DNA of 64,000 bases, taken from contig MHKF01000012.1 of assembly GCA_001818315.1 (NCBI GenBank), forward strand, positions 23,976-87,975, written 5' to 3'. The notes under the pieces were generated by a model that was given only the letters and a program-made list of their open reading frames with translations, had not been told where the DNA came from and did no database searches. The DNA comes from Candidatus Kerfeldbacteria bacterium RIFCSPLOWO2_02_FULL_42_19. GTDB taxonomy: Bacteria > Patescibacteriota > Patescibacteriia > HO2-48-17. Positions 33,504 to 42,983 of this stretch are shown piece after piece. Position 1 is the stretch's first letter. The number at the start of each line of letters is the position of its first letter. The position numbers and the translations under genes are program-made.

Positions 33504-34466
33504 ATGAAAAAACATGGGATGATTTCAGTGGGAATGATAACGTTCCTGCTGCTCTGCGGAGCTGCTCTCCTTCCCCTCAAAAAGGCTCATCTCGAATCCT
33601 GTGAAAGACGGGATGGGCTGTGTTTCAACCTCGAGGAGATCGTGCAGAACGGCGATCTAAGGACTGTTGCGAAGCGTGCTGATTTCGATGCTCTTGTGAC
33701 ACTCAAACCGCACGGAGAGCTCTTCGGCTTCGAACGCGATGGGATTCTCTCTCTGTATTCTCTTCTTGCCGATTTGCGTGAAGGTGATCGTGTAAGAGGA
33801 GTCCGGTACTACGCGGACGAGACATACTTTGAGTTTCTTTTCACGATTGGGGGAGAACTTCTCGCGGCAAACGAGATACTTTATCCATGGATTCTCAAAG
33901 AGAAGGTGAAAAAACTCGATGATGAGGCTGCGGAGAATCCACCAACGGATTCGGGGGATGAAGCGCAGGGCATGAGCGCGGCTGCCAGTTGTACCGCCAC
34001 TTTCAAATTCCCGTATCAGGATGAAAATCCGAATGTCCTGACATCCTATGTCTGGCACCTCGAAACCGTGAAGTATGCTGGTGACTTCAACTGGGGCGCA
34101 GGAAACGCTGACTGCTGGCTTTCTGTTCTAAACTCTGCTCGTGGTATCGTGTGGAGTGCGGGCTGGCTTGGTAACTATGGCTGGCAGGTGCAGATGGGGC
34201 ATGTCTCTCCCTACTGGACCCGGGTGGCTCATGGTATGACTGATCCCAATAACTTCATCAGTCCGGGAAACGATCTTCTCCAGGGAACCTTCCTCATGAA
34301 CCGAGGTTCCACGGGAAAGTCTTCCGGCTGCCACACCCACCTTGAGTTCTGGAGGGGTAACACATCTACATCTTTCAACGGCTTTTCCTGCTACCCACAG
34401 GTTGCGCAGGGAGGAACCTATCGTTCGTATCAGACGTATGTCCGGCCTCCAAAGGGTAATCCATAA
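33504..34466 (+). CDS. secreted M23-family metallopeptidase (LytM-like C-terminal domain)
   Basis: Signal peptide, HxxxD (HGMTD) and HxH (CHTHLEFW) motifs in M23 order; AAAGGAG SD. Confidence 0.55.
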   Translation: MKKHGMISVGMITFLLLCGAALLPLKKAHLESCERRDGLCFNLEEIVQNGDLRTVAKRADFDALVTLKPHGELFGFERDGILSLYSLLADLREGDRVRGVRYYADETYFEFLFTIGGELLAANEILYPWILKEKVKKLDDEAAENPPTDSGDEAQGMSAAASCTATFKFPYQDENPNVLTSYVWHLETVKYAGDFNWGAGNADCWLSVLNSARGIVWSAGWLGNYGWQVQMGHVSPYWTRVAHGMTDPNNFISPGNDLLQGTFLMNRGSTGKSSGCHTHLEFWRGNTSTSFNGFSCYPQVAQGGTYRSYQTYVRPPKGNP

Positions 34467-34645
34467 CCCTTTATTTGCACATTGTCTCTTTCTGAAAAAA
34501 CAGGGGAAGTGTCTTACGACGCTTCTCCTTCCTTTCTTTTCATAAAAAATGTTACCATGAATAGGTCCGTTACTCTTGAAGAACCAACAATACAATAATT
34601 TATTTCATCTCCAAGCAGCAAGTCGCGGCGAATAATTAAAACCTG

Positions 34646-35323
34646 ATGAATAAAATATTTTCTCTTTTCCTCATCGCTACAACGCTCATTCTTGGTGGGT
34701 GCGCTCTTTCTTCCAAGAATCAGGAAAATAATTCCAATGCATCCACCAACGCGTCCGCAAAAAATACCTCTTCAGTGAATGCCCAGACTTCAAACAGTTT
34801 TGTTTCGAATACGAAAGCAACAACGTCCAATGACGAAACCGACGCTGCCGTTGTCGAACTTGGCCACGGATATGCCATTTCCCTGCCATCGGGATGGAAA
34901 GTGACTGATCGAGAAGAGAGACAGGAGAGTGCCTTTGTCCCGTCTGCAGGTCCGGAAATAACGACCACAATTCATCAAATTTCACGTGAAGATCTTTTCG
35001 ATCCCGCGGTCGTGTTTGAAACCTTCCCGGTTAATGCTTCTCTCAGTGCTCAAGAGGTGGCCCAGCTCGCAGACATCACCTGCAAGAAGCCGGGCGCTTC
35101 TGAGGAGGTGAAGATTGCTTCTCTTCCTGGATATGTCGTAACCAGATCTTCCGATTTTTGCGAGGATGGGACAGGAATTACTTTTCAAAAATACTACTTT
35201 CTGAAAAAGCAGGGAAGTCCCCAGACCCTCATGGCGATATTTTATGCCGAATCCGAAGCAGAATACAATCAGCTGAAGAATGACTTTGATGCCATCCTTC
35301 AGTCTGTGAGTTTAGCTGAGTAA
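34646..35323 (+). CDS. lipoprotein, hypothetical
   Basis: Lipobox LGGC followed by an Asn/Ser/Thr-rich linker and a globular domain. Confidence 0.5.
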   Translation: MNKIFSLFLIATTLILGGCALSSKNQENNSNASTNASAKNTSSVNAQTSNSFVSNTKATTSNDETDAAVVELGHGYAISLPSGWKVTDREERQESAFVPSAGPEITTTIHQISREDLFDPAVVFETFPVNASLSAQEVAQLADITCKKPGASEEVKIASLPGYVVTRSSDFCEDGTGITFQKYYFLKKQGSPQTLMAIFYAESEAEYNQLKNDFDAILQSVSLAE

Positions 35324-35441
35324 TATTCTCGACAGCATCTTTTGTGTCTGGCAAAGTAGAGCCCTCGCGTCTCGAGGCTTTGGTCGGGATCCCCCGATGT
35401 ACGTCGGGCGGTTCTTCGTAACGAGTATTTTTTGCGGACAT

Positions 35442-36362
35442 TTAATTTGGTTCAATAATAATCATCAATTTTTCTCCACTTTCCACGTTTCCATTATTCC
35501 AATCGTGGATCGCGTTCATGAGTGTTGATGCCTTATACACATAACCTTCACCGCGTTTGGTGCCTGGATCATTGGTAATAAAATTGTCATCTTTAGTGTA
35601 GCCGCGAATAACGAGCATGTGATACAGTGGACCTTCGCCGGTAAAGTAAGGGTTACCAAGCATACGCCCAGCAGCTGGAATCATCACGGGAAAACCTTGC
35701 GTGAGCGCTGCTTTGATAGTTTCTATTTTTGCTGGTTCCACACGTACGTTCGTGTATCCCCATAGGTCTTGTATGAATCGAGCGGTTTCTTGAGCGGTTG
35801 TGTCTTTATAAAATCCATAATACTGTTCTTGAAAATCTACAAGATCGAGAATTTTTTTGTCAGCGCGCGCTGGATCAAGCGTGAGATTTGTATAGAAAGC
35901 GTGGACCATGAGCGCTGCCGCTTCCTCACATGCTTCTTGGTAGGGGAGCGCCCAATTCGCGTACGGCGCTTGTGACGTGAATGGCACCGCGAGATTGATG
36001 GATTCCGGAATAATAGCGTTGGGTTTTTTGATTTCGGTCGTGTCCTGAGTAGTTTGCTCTTGCGGCATCGCTGATTCATTTGCAAATTCGAGAGTGTTCA
36101 GCTGTTCGGTCTCGAGATTTTTTTGCGTTGTTTCTGCCGGTGCATTGGATGTTGCGTTTGTTACTTCGTCGACGTTTTGTACTTCTCCATCATTTATATT
36201 TTGCAGCTGTTGTACCTCTGCATAACTTTGTGCTTGAGGTAGACTTGATTGAATGCTTGCTCGTTGCCAACTTTCATATGTTTCTCGAAGGCGCGCACGC
36301 AATAAAAATCCAATACCTACGACTAGGATGAGGATGAAGAGTATTTCAAATTTTTTGTACAT
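35442..36362 (-). CDS. membrane-anchored C39-like (papain-fold) cysteine peptidase
   Basis: N-terminal TM helix. The C-terminal domain has Gln/Cys (QAPYANWALPYQEACEEAA) and His (HMLVIRGY) in C39_2-like order. I trimmed the start to MYKKF because the longer ORF runs into the MITE. Confidence 0.5.
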   Translation of the reverse strand: MYKKFEILFILILVVGIGFLLRARLRETYESWQRASIQSSLPQAQSYAEVQQLQNINDGEVQNVDEVTNATSNAPAETTQKNLETEQLNTLEFANESAMPQEQTTQDTTEIKKPNAIIPESINLAVPFTSQAPYANWALPYQEACEEAAALMVHAFYTNLTLDPARADKKILDLVDFQEQYYGFYKDTTAQETARFIQDLWGYTNVRVEPAKIETIKAALTQGFPVMIPAAGRMLGNPYFTGEGPLYHMLVIRGYTKDDNFITNDPGTKRGEGYVYKASTLMNAIHDWNNGNVESGEKLMIIIEPN

Positions 36363-36426
36363 GTTTGGACTGCAATGATTCCGCTCTGCGGAGGTTGTGT
36401 GTAACTTTTCTAACACGACCTTTTAA

Positions 36427-36588
36427 GGGTCTGTCGCCGAATACCATTTCTGCTGCAATCGTAGAATTTCGGTCAGCATCGTTTCAAAATTTTTCGGCTT
36501 ATATTCCATATAAACCTCAAAATTTATTCAGCGATTCTGTCACGAAATTCTACGATTTCGTGACGAAAGCGTATTCGGCGACAGACCC
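36427..36588. mobile_element. family-A MITE-like element, copy 2 (162 bp, inverted relative to copy 1)
   Basis: TIRs AAGGGTCTGTCGCCGAATAC / GTATTCGGCGACAGACCCTT. Flanked by TTTAA on both sides. Confidence 0.8.
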
Positions 36589-36852
36589 TTTAAACAGGAA
36601 GACAGCCGAACTATGACTGGCTGTCTTGGGGAACAATGAATGTACTGGTTGTATTTCGCTGTTAGTTTTATTTTAGCGCCGAAGTTTTCTGGTTTCAAGC
36701 TTCGTTGGTCTACCGATCAGGGAGCGATGATTGAAAGAGTGCTGTTGAAGTCGCAAGCCACTATTTCTTTTCCATTTGAATCCTCCTTGATTCAGTTTGG
36801 TTGTTGGTTGCAAAAATCGCAATAGAACTACGAAAGACATATAAGCACGAGC

Positions 36853-39663
36853 ATGATTGACAGTCAAGATTTTGTGTTTGCGATGTTTTTATGCTGTAAT
36901 TATTCTATGTTTTGTTTTCAATCTTTACATTATTTCGCAAATTATCTGAAGCGTGCATTTTATAGTATTTTGCGAATATTACGATGTCGCACTCTTTATG
37001 TTTTCGCAATCGTGATCTTCATCACCGTTATTGTCGACTCGACGCCTCTTCTCGCTGCGGAAAATTTTGAAGCACCGGATTTTCAGGTCACACTGAGGGT
37101 TGCTGTAGCGCCCCAAGATATTGCTCCTCAAGCACAAGGAAGTTCGCTTCAGCAACTTGTGCGACAGGTTTTGAGGTTTTTCGCTCCTTTCGATCGCGTT
37201 GCACAAGCAACTTCATCTGTGGACGCGAAAACATTCGTTTCAACCGAACCTGTATGGATGCAATTACTTCGTGCTGTGTCACGCCCCGAACCCACACTCA
37301 TTTTTGTTTTTCTTTTTCTCGCATCCCTTTGCTATGCGCTATATGTGACGCGTGGGACAAAACATTTTTTTACTTTATTTTACAAGCCTCGCGCGCATCT
37401 CTTTCATCATCTCGCAAGGCGGAATTCGACCGGAACGTACCTTCACTCGTATGCGCGTTTTCATCTCCATGCTTTCCTTTCGAAGCACTTTGCGCTCGTC
37501 AGCGGTTTTCTCTTATTCGCGAAAGTTACTGTTGTCGCTGGCCTTGCAACTTTACTGTTGGATTTTCCGTTGCTTTCACGCGCTACTGAGCGTGATGTGC
37601 CTGTGTTTCCGGGGGCAATGCTTACATATCACATCGAATATGATAATCAAAGCGATACATCTCTTTCGCGAGTTCAATTTTCTCACGTATTTCCTCCTGG
37701 CACCGCGTATGTTCCCGGAACGTTTCTTTGGAATAACATCTCTCTCACTGATGTAGCTGATGAAGACGGATTTACGATAACCGACGGTGGATTTACTTTA
37801 CAATCGAATCAACTGCCAGTCGGCACAGGATCGTTTTCGTGGAACCTACGAGTCGCTCATCCTGCTCAAACGAACGCTATCGCAAGTAAAGTTGGATATC
37901 AAATAGATGACGGATTGTTGCAACAAACGAATACTTTCGTGAATCCGGTTGTTACTTTGACGATTTCAGGCAAGGCTTTTTATGATGTGAATCGCAATAA
38001 TGTTTTTGACGCAACGACTGAAACCGGCATCGCCGATGTTCACTTCGCTTTGTATGAAGATACGAATCAGAGCGACGTGTTTGACGGAACTGATACACTG
38101 CTTGCGGAAATGAATACTGCGGAACAAGGCCTCTATCATTTTTCGGGTTTGCGTCCAGGACTTTTTTTTGTAAAAGTTGTGGATGCTCGTGAGGGTCCTT
38201 ATGAACTTCTCGGTGGCTTTCAGGAGGTGCGATTGCAGGCGCTGGAGAGTGTCTCGAGTCAAGACGTCGCTTATATTTTACCTGATGTTGCGCAGAAATC
38301 GACGGTAATGTTCGGTACGCTTTGGCATGATATCGATCGTAATCAACAACATGATGATGGCGAGACGAATTTTAGTGATATAGAGTTACGTTTGTATCGC
38401 GATGCAGCGCACAAGGGTGTTTTGGAAACTCTGAATGATACACTTGTTGCAAGTACGTTCACGGATGAGGACGGTCGATTTCGATTTTTAATTCCAGAAG
38501 AAGGTGATTATTTTGTCCTGGTGTTGATGGAACGATTGCCGCAGGGGTATACATTGACGACCGCTAACCAACCGAAGCGTATTGCTGTGGACGTGGATAC
38601 ATCGGAAACGAATGTCGATAGTTTTGGATATGCATTGCCAACGAGCAGCATCGGTGACGAAGTTTTTGAGGATAGCAATAATAATACCTTGCATGATGCC
38701 ACTGAAGCTGGATTTTCTGATGTGCAAGTGCTGTTGTATCGTGACGATGGCTCGGAGCAATTCGAAGAAGCTTTGGATAATCGTATTGCTGAAACTTTTA
38801 CCGATTCCCAAGGGAAATATCTCTTTTCTCATGTAGCTTCGGGAGGGTACTTTGTAATGATTGACACTGCGACACTTCCGGACGAATCCGGATATCGTTT
38901 GACGACAGCTTCCAATCCTCGCTTTGTTGAAATTGTGATCGATACAGATCAAATGAACCTTCTTTCCGATTTTGGGTTTCGTTCGGAAACAGTAGGGAAT
39001 GATATTCCCTCTTCGTCTGGGTCTCAGTCCAATATCGGCACCGGAGCGACTCCACAATCCGCATCATCACGCATGACTACTCAGTCTGCTCAGGTTCCAA
39101 CGGAGACTATTCCTCAAACGAAACTGAATGTTGTACAGAAACCTGTGTCAGATACTCCGCAAGAGCCTGCAGTTACCACGCTTGATGTTGATTCCGATAC
39201 TGACGCTACATTATCTCCACAGAGTGTGGCGCAATCTGAGCAATCTGCTGGCGATAGTGTTCCAACTGTAACGCCGCAGCCAGTTACCACCGAATCTGAT
39301 TCTTCTGGGGAGGGTTTACAAATACAAAATGATACGGGTTATAAGAGTCGTCCTGTTACTTTACGTCCGTGGGCCACAGAAGATGCTTCGCAGGCTGCAT
39401 TCGAGAATCTCCAAAGACAACTTATGCAGTATGCGGTACGTTTGACTCCGTATGCGGCTTCCGTTTCCTGGTTGGAAACTCCGACGCAACGTTTTTCTGT
39501 GTTTCCTCATACACTCTTGCCTATTATCTTTTTTGTTATTGTTCTTTCATATTGTCTTATGTTGCTTCATGCGTCGGAACGTTCAAAATTTTCACACCGC
39601 TCATCCGTTGTTTATAGTCGCAAAAAGCCTCGTCGCAAAACGTATGCGCGCGTTAGTGAATAA
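36853..39663 (+). CDS. large secreted surface protein with four or more SdrD/Cna-B-type repeats, a Ser/Thr/Pro/Gln-rich stalk and a C-terminal TM anchor
   Basis: Repeated D-x-N-x-N-G-x-x-D...G...V-x-V-x-L...G-x-Y-x-F modules (e.g. FYDVNRNNVFDATTETGIADVHFALY...GLYHFSGLRPGLFFVKV). The start codon is uncertain, and the end overlaps the uvrC start by 20 nt. Confidence 0.6.
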   Translation: MIDSQDFVFAMFLCCNYSMFCFQSLHYFANYLKRAFYSILRILRCRTLYVFAIVIFITVIVDSTPLLAAENFEAPDFQVTLRVAVAPQDIAPQAQGSSLQQLVRQVLRFFAPFDRVAQATSSVDAKTFVSTEPVWMQLLRAVSRPEPTLIFVFLFLASLCYALYVTRGTKHFFTLFYKPRAHLFHHLARRNSTGTYLHSYARFHLHAFLSKHFALVSGFLLFAKVTVVAGLATLLLDFPLLSRATERDVPVFPGAMLTYHIEYDNQSDTSLSRVQFSHVFPPGTAYVPGTFLWNNISLTDVADEDGFTITDGGFTLQSNQLPVGTGSFSWNLRVAHPAQTNAIASKVGYQIDDGLLQQTNTFVNPVVTLTISGKAFYDVNRNNVFDATTETGIADVHFALYEDTNQSDVFDGTDTLLAEMNTAEQGLYHFSGLRPGLFFVKVVDAREGPYELLGGFQEVRLQALESVSSQDVAYILPDVAQKSTVMFGTLWHDIDRNQQHDDGETNFSDIELRLYRDAAHKGVLETLNDTLVASTFTDEDGRFRFLIPEEGDYFVLVLMERLPQGYTLTTANQPKRIAVDVDTSETNVDSFGYALPTSSIGDEVFEDSNNNTLHDATEAGFSDVQVLLYRDDGSEQFEEALDNRIAETFTDSQGKYLFSHVASGGYFVMIDTATLPDESGYRLTTASNPRFVEIVIDTDQMNLLSDFGFRSETVGNDIPSSSGSQSNIGTGATPQSASSRMTTQSAQVPTETIPQTKLNVVQKPVSDTPQEPAVTTLDVDSDTDATLSPQSVAQSEQSAGDSVPTVTPQPVTTESDSSGEGLQIQNDTGYKSRPVTLRPWATEDASQAAFENLQRQLMQYAVRLTPYAASVSWLETPTQRFSVFPHTLLPIIFFVIVLSYCLMLLHASERSKFSHRSSVVYSRKKPRRKTYARVSE

Positions 39664-41422
39664 AAAAGTACAAACACTCCCGCAAGAGCCGGGTGTGTAT
39701 TTTTTTCGTAATGCAAAAAACGCGGTGTTATATGTTGGGAAGGCTAAGAATTTACGTAAGCGAGTTTCTTCTTATTTCCAACATTCAAGTCTTGCGTCCG
39801 ATAAAGAAAAAATGGTGACGGAAATTGTTGACCTCGAGTGCATGATCGTCCATTCAGAAACCGAGGCGTTGCTTCTCGAGACTTCCATGATCAAGAAATA
39901 TCGACCGCAGTATAACATTGTTCTCAAAGATGATCGCAATTTTTCTTACATCAAGGTTACTGTTCAAGAGTCTTTTCCCCGGGTGTTCGTTGTGCGTCAG
40001 ATGATTGCGGACGGTAGTAAATATTTTGGACCGTTTCTTTCGATAGCGAGCGTGTATGAGACGTTGCGTGTTCTTCGTACGCTTTTTCCCTTTCGCACGT
40101 GTACGAATATGCCGAAGCGCCCGTGCTTGGAATATCATCTCGGGCGATGTGTTGCACCGTGTGCGATCGAAGAGGGACGACAAGAATATCCTCAATTGAT
40201 TGCCGAAGTTTGCGCTTTCTTACGGGGCGATGCTGCTTTTCTCCTTCGCGCGTTGGAACAAAAAATGCAGACTGCCGCTCGTCGTTTTGAATATGAGAAA
40301 GCCGCACGTTTTCGTGATCAGATAACAGCGATCCGTCGAGTGATGAGTAAACAGCATGTTATTTCACTCCATGATGAATCTCAGGATGTAGTCAGTGTCG
40401 CAAAGTTTGGCGTTCATGCTGCGGTGCACATTTTTTTTGTTCGGCGAGGGCAGGTGAGTGGACAAGCAAAGTTTCCCCTTGAGCATGTTGAAAGCGCTGA
40501 TGAATCTCAAATACTCGAAGCTTTTCTTGCGCAGTACTATACGCAAGTAGCTGAATTACCAAAAGAAGTGATTGTTCCACATCCTGTGTCCGCGGCTTTG
40601 CGAGGAATCAAATGTACCGTACCCAAACGGGGTCACAAGCGAAAGTTATTGCTGATGGGTCAGAAGAACGCCCTTGCCTTTGTTCAGGCAACCTACGCGC
40701 ATAAGAAGATTAACGTTCAGCACACTCATCAATCTCTTGAGGAGCTTCAAACAATTCTACATCTTTCAACGTTGCCACGTCGCATAGAAGTGTATGATAT
40801 TTCGAATATTCAGGGTTATGAAGCAGTTGGTTCGATGATTGTTTTTGTAGAAGGCAAAGCACGTAAAGATCAGTATCGAAAATTTAAGATTCACAGTATT
40901 GATACTCCGAACGATTTTGCTATGCTTCAGGAGGTTTTATTTCGTAGATTCAAACGTCATCGTGAGTGGGGTACGCCCAATCTTTTGCTCATCGATGGAG
41001 GTAAAGGTCAACTGAGTAGCGTGATTCAAGTATTGGACGCTTTAGGTATTCAAATTCCAGCTGCAGCTTTAGCGAAGCGCGAAGAAGATATTTTTGTACA
41101 GCACAGAGATGCTAAAAATAACGTGCAAAAATTCCCTTTTTCTTTTCAAAGTATAAGATTACCGAAAGACTCGCCAACCCTTTTATTACTCCGACGCATG
41201 CGCGATGAAGCTCATCGTTTTGCGATTGAGTTTTATCGCAAGCGCCATCGTAAAGTTCTTACGCGTTCACTCCTGGATGAGGTTCCCGGTATTGGCCCTC
41301 AACGTAAGAAAGCACTTTTGAATCGTTTTGGGTCCGTTCAAAATATTGCGCGCGCGTCGGATCTCGAGCTTCTTTCACTTATCGGCGTTCAAGCAACGCA
41401 AGCTATCCGCAGTTTTCTTTAA
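39644..41422 (+). CDS. uvrC: excinuclease ABC subunit C
   Basis: GIY-YIG N-terminus (GVYFFRNAKNAVLYVGKAKNLRKRVSSYF), a UvrB-interacting region, an RNase H-like endonuclease domain and a C-terminal HhH. I placed the start at MRALVNKK rather than the upstream tracked M. Confidence 0.93.
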   Translation: MRALVNKKVQTLPQEPGVYFFRNAKNAVLYVGKAKNLRKRVSSYFQHSSLASDKEKMVTEIVDLECMIVHSETEALLLETSMIKKYRPQYNIVLKDDRNFSYIKVTVQESFPRVFVVRQMIADGSKYFGPFLSIASVYETLRVLRTLFPFRTCTNMPKRPCLEYHLGRCVAPCAIEEGRQEYPQLIAEVCAFLRGDAAFLLRALEQKMQTAARRFEYEKAARFRDQITAIRRVMSKQHVISLHDESQDVVSVAKFGVHAAVHIFFVRRGQVSGQAKFPLEHVESADESQILEAFLAQYYTQVAELPKEVIVPHPVSAALRGIKCTVPKRGHKRKLLLMGQKNALAFVQATYAHKKINVQHTHQSLEELQTILHLSTLPRRIEVYDISNIQGYEAVGSMIVFVEGKARKDQYRKFKIHSIDTPNDFAMLQEVLFRRFKRHREWGTPNLLLIDGGKGQLSSVIQVLDALGIQIPAAALAKREEDIFVQHRDAKNNVQKFPFSFQSIRLPKDSPTLLLLRRMRDEAHRFAIEFYRKRHRKVLTRSLLDEVPGIGPQRKKALLNRFGSVQNIARASDLELLSLIGVQATQAIRSFL

Positions 41423-41448
41423 AAGAATTTACTTTTTATCTTACGTAA

Positions 41449-42840
41449 TCACCGATCTTGATCTGGAGTGAATTCGTAAGCCCCAAGATCATATTTTGCA
41501 TTACCGTCATTATTACCATCAACTGGTCGTGGAAAATTTCGTACATCTATCTCAGGTCCATCCTCTGCTTTGTCTATTGTTGGTGACTTAGAGCCTGGCA
41601 CGTGAGTATCTCCAATAAAATCTGGATTTCCCCAAAGAACATCTGGATCATTACAGAGATCGCTACAAGTTCCATTCGGTGACCAGAGTAGAGATGTTCG
41701 TCCATCATTAAAATCTGGATAGTTGATATTCTGCATAGGTGTTTCTCCACCTGTTATAATTGAGTGACTTATTTGTACGCGTCCTCCACAATTTTCAGTG
41801 CATTGAATCCCCACTCGATTTCCTTCTATCGTAGAGTTTATTAATTCAATGATTCCGCTCGTATTTGTTTCTATACCAATATCTGCATAATCAATATCCA
41901 AATTCATCATATCCATTCCACTACGATCCTGTAATTCTATGCCGCCTTCTTTTACTCGCGTTCGACTTGTGCGCATGTACGTGTCGCCATACATAGTGAT
42001 AGCTCCTGAACCGCCAATAATATCTACATTTCGTGGAAAAAAGTGGCTAGTATCTTTAAGGATTACGCCATAGGTTCCTGTAATTTCAGAATCTCTTGGA
42101 TATGCATAAGAGTTCCCTTCTAAAATAAGTGTCGCATTACTATTCGGATTCCAAGCTTCAAATTTAGAATTGTAAATATTACTACGTGCATTGATCAAAC
42201 GCATTGCAGAGCTTTCTCTGCCCCCGTCAATATTGAGGTTTTTGACATTTACTTCAATTGTGTCGTGTAGGGTCACTGTTGTACAACTTTCATTCTCTGG
42301 CGTTTTTATGGTTGGATGGTTTTGAGAATTTCCTTGAATAGTAGTGGTTTGTTTATTATCTACTACAATACATTCTCTATAGGCGGTGCCGTCTTCTTTT
42401 GTATCGATCCAGACGATCTCTGTCTCACGCGCAGCGTCGATTGCTGCTTGTACCGTTTGATATTCACAGGGCACCATGCGATATTCATCCTTTGGATTTA
42501 CGATACATTTATTGGGCCCATCGATAGTATCACAAGCATCTCCAACTCTGTCTCCATCTCGATCATTTTGATCCGGATTTGCTACATTTGGACAATTATC
42601 GATACTATCACACACTTTGTCATTATCAACATCATTACATCTTTTATCTGTTAATTTTTTGGATATCAAGTCTGATATCACTGGAGTATTTTTGGTGTAA
42701 CCTCCTATAAAACCGGCTGCGATCCCACCTCCAATAGCAAGCGTTGCTGCGCTAATAGCCACGGTAATAATGATTTTTTCTGCGGCCACTTTTGTTTGAC
42801 TTTTTGTCGTAATCGGACTGGGTAGTTTTTTGTTTGGCAT
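41449..42840 (-). CDS. membrane-anchored right-handed beta-helix protein with thrombospondin type-3 (Ca-binding) repeats
   Basis: N-terminal TM, TSP3-like DNDKVCDSIDNCPNVANPDQNDRDGDRVGDACD, parallel beta-helix repeats, and a C-terminal D-x-D-x-DG-x-x-D-x-GAYEF (choice-of-anchor-like) motif. Confidence 0.55.
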   Translation of the reverse strand: MPNKKLPSPITTKSQTKVAAEKIIITVAISAATLAIGGGIAAGFIGGYTKNTPVISDLISKKLTDKRCNDVDNDKVCDSIDNCPNVANPDQNDRDGDRVGDACDTIDGPNKCIVNPKDEYRMVPCEYQTVQAAIDAARETEIVWIDTKEDGTAYRECIVVDNKQTTTIQGNSQNHPTIKTPENESCTTVTLHDTIEVNVKNLNIDGGRESSAMRLINARSNIYNSKFEAWNPNSNATLILEGNSYAYPRDSEITGTYGVILKDTSHFFPRNVDIIGGSGAITMYGDTYMRTSRTRVKEGGIELQDRSGMDMMNLDIDYADIGIETNTSGIIELINSTIEGNRVGIQCTENCGGRVQISHSIITGGETPMQNINYPDFNDGRTSLLWSPNGTCSDLCNDPDVLWGNPDFIGDTHVPGSKSPTIDKAEDGPEIDVRNFPRPVDGNNDGNAKYDLGAYEFTPDQDR

Positions 42841-42983
42841 ATTTATTATTTTATTAACTTTTGCGAATTTTGCTTTTTTTCGGTTTATTATTTATGAATA
42901 ATAGCATATTTTTGAACAAAAGTAAATTTTTTTCGTATCGAGTTTGATATCACACTCGTATCGGACCTTCGCAATATATTTTT

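Noticed and set aside
35324-35441. Possible tRNA in the convergent gap (GGTCGGGATCCCCCGAT resembles a T-arm)
   Set aside because: I could not build an acceptor stem, D-arm or anticodon arm around it. It is more likely a pair of overlapping terminator hairpins (AGCCCTCG…CGAGGCT and CCCGA…TCGGG).
36363-36416. Upstream extension of the C39-like peptidase gene to 36416
   Set aside because: The extra codons run to the edge of the family-A MITE (starting at 36427) and precede the TM helix. MYKKF is the more plausible start.
39452-39643. Tracked upstream start of uvrC (MRLPFPGWK…), which would give a 64-aa hydrophobic N-extension
   Set aside because: The extension overlaps the 3' end of the Cna-B protein gene and has no homology. 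The GIY-YIG domain begins right after the internal ATG at 39644 (MRALVNKK).
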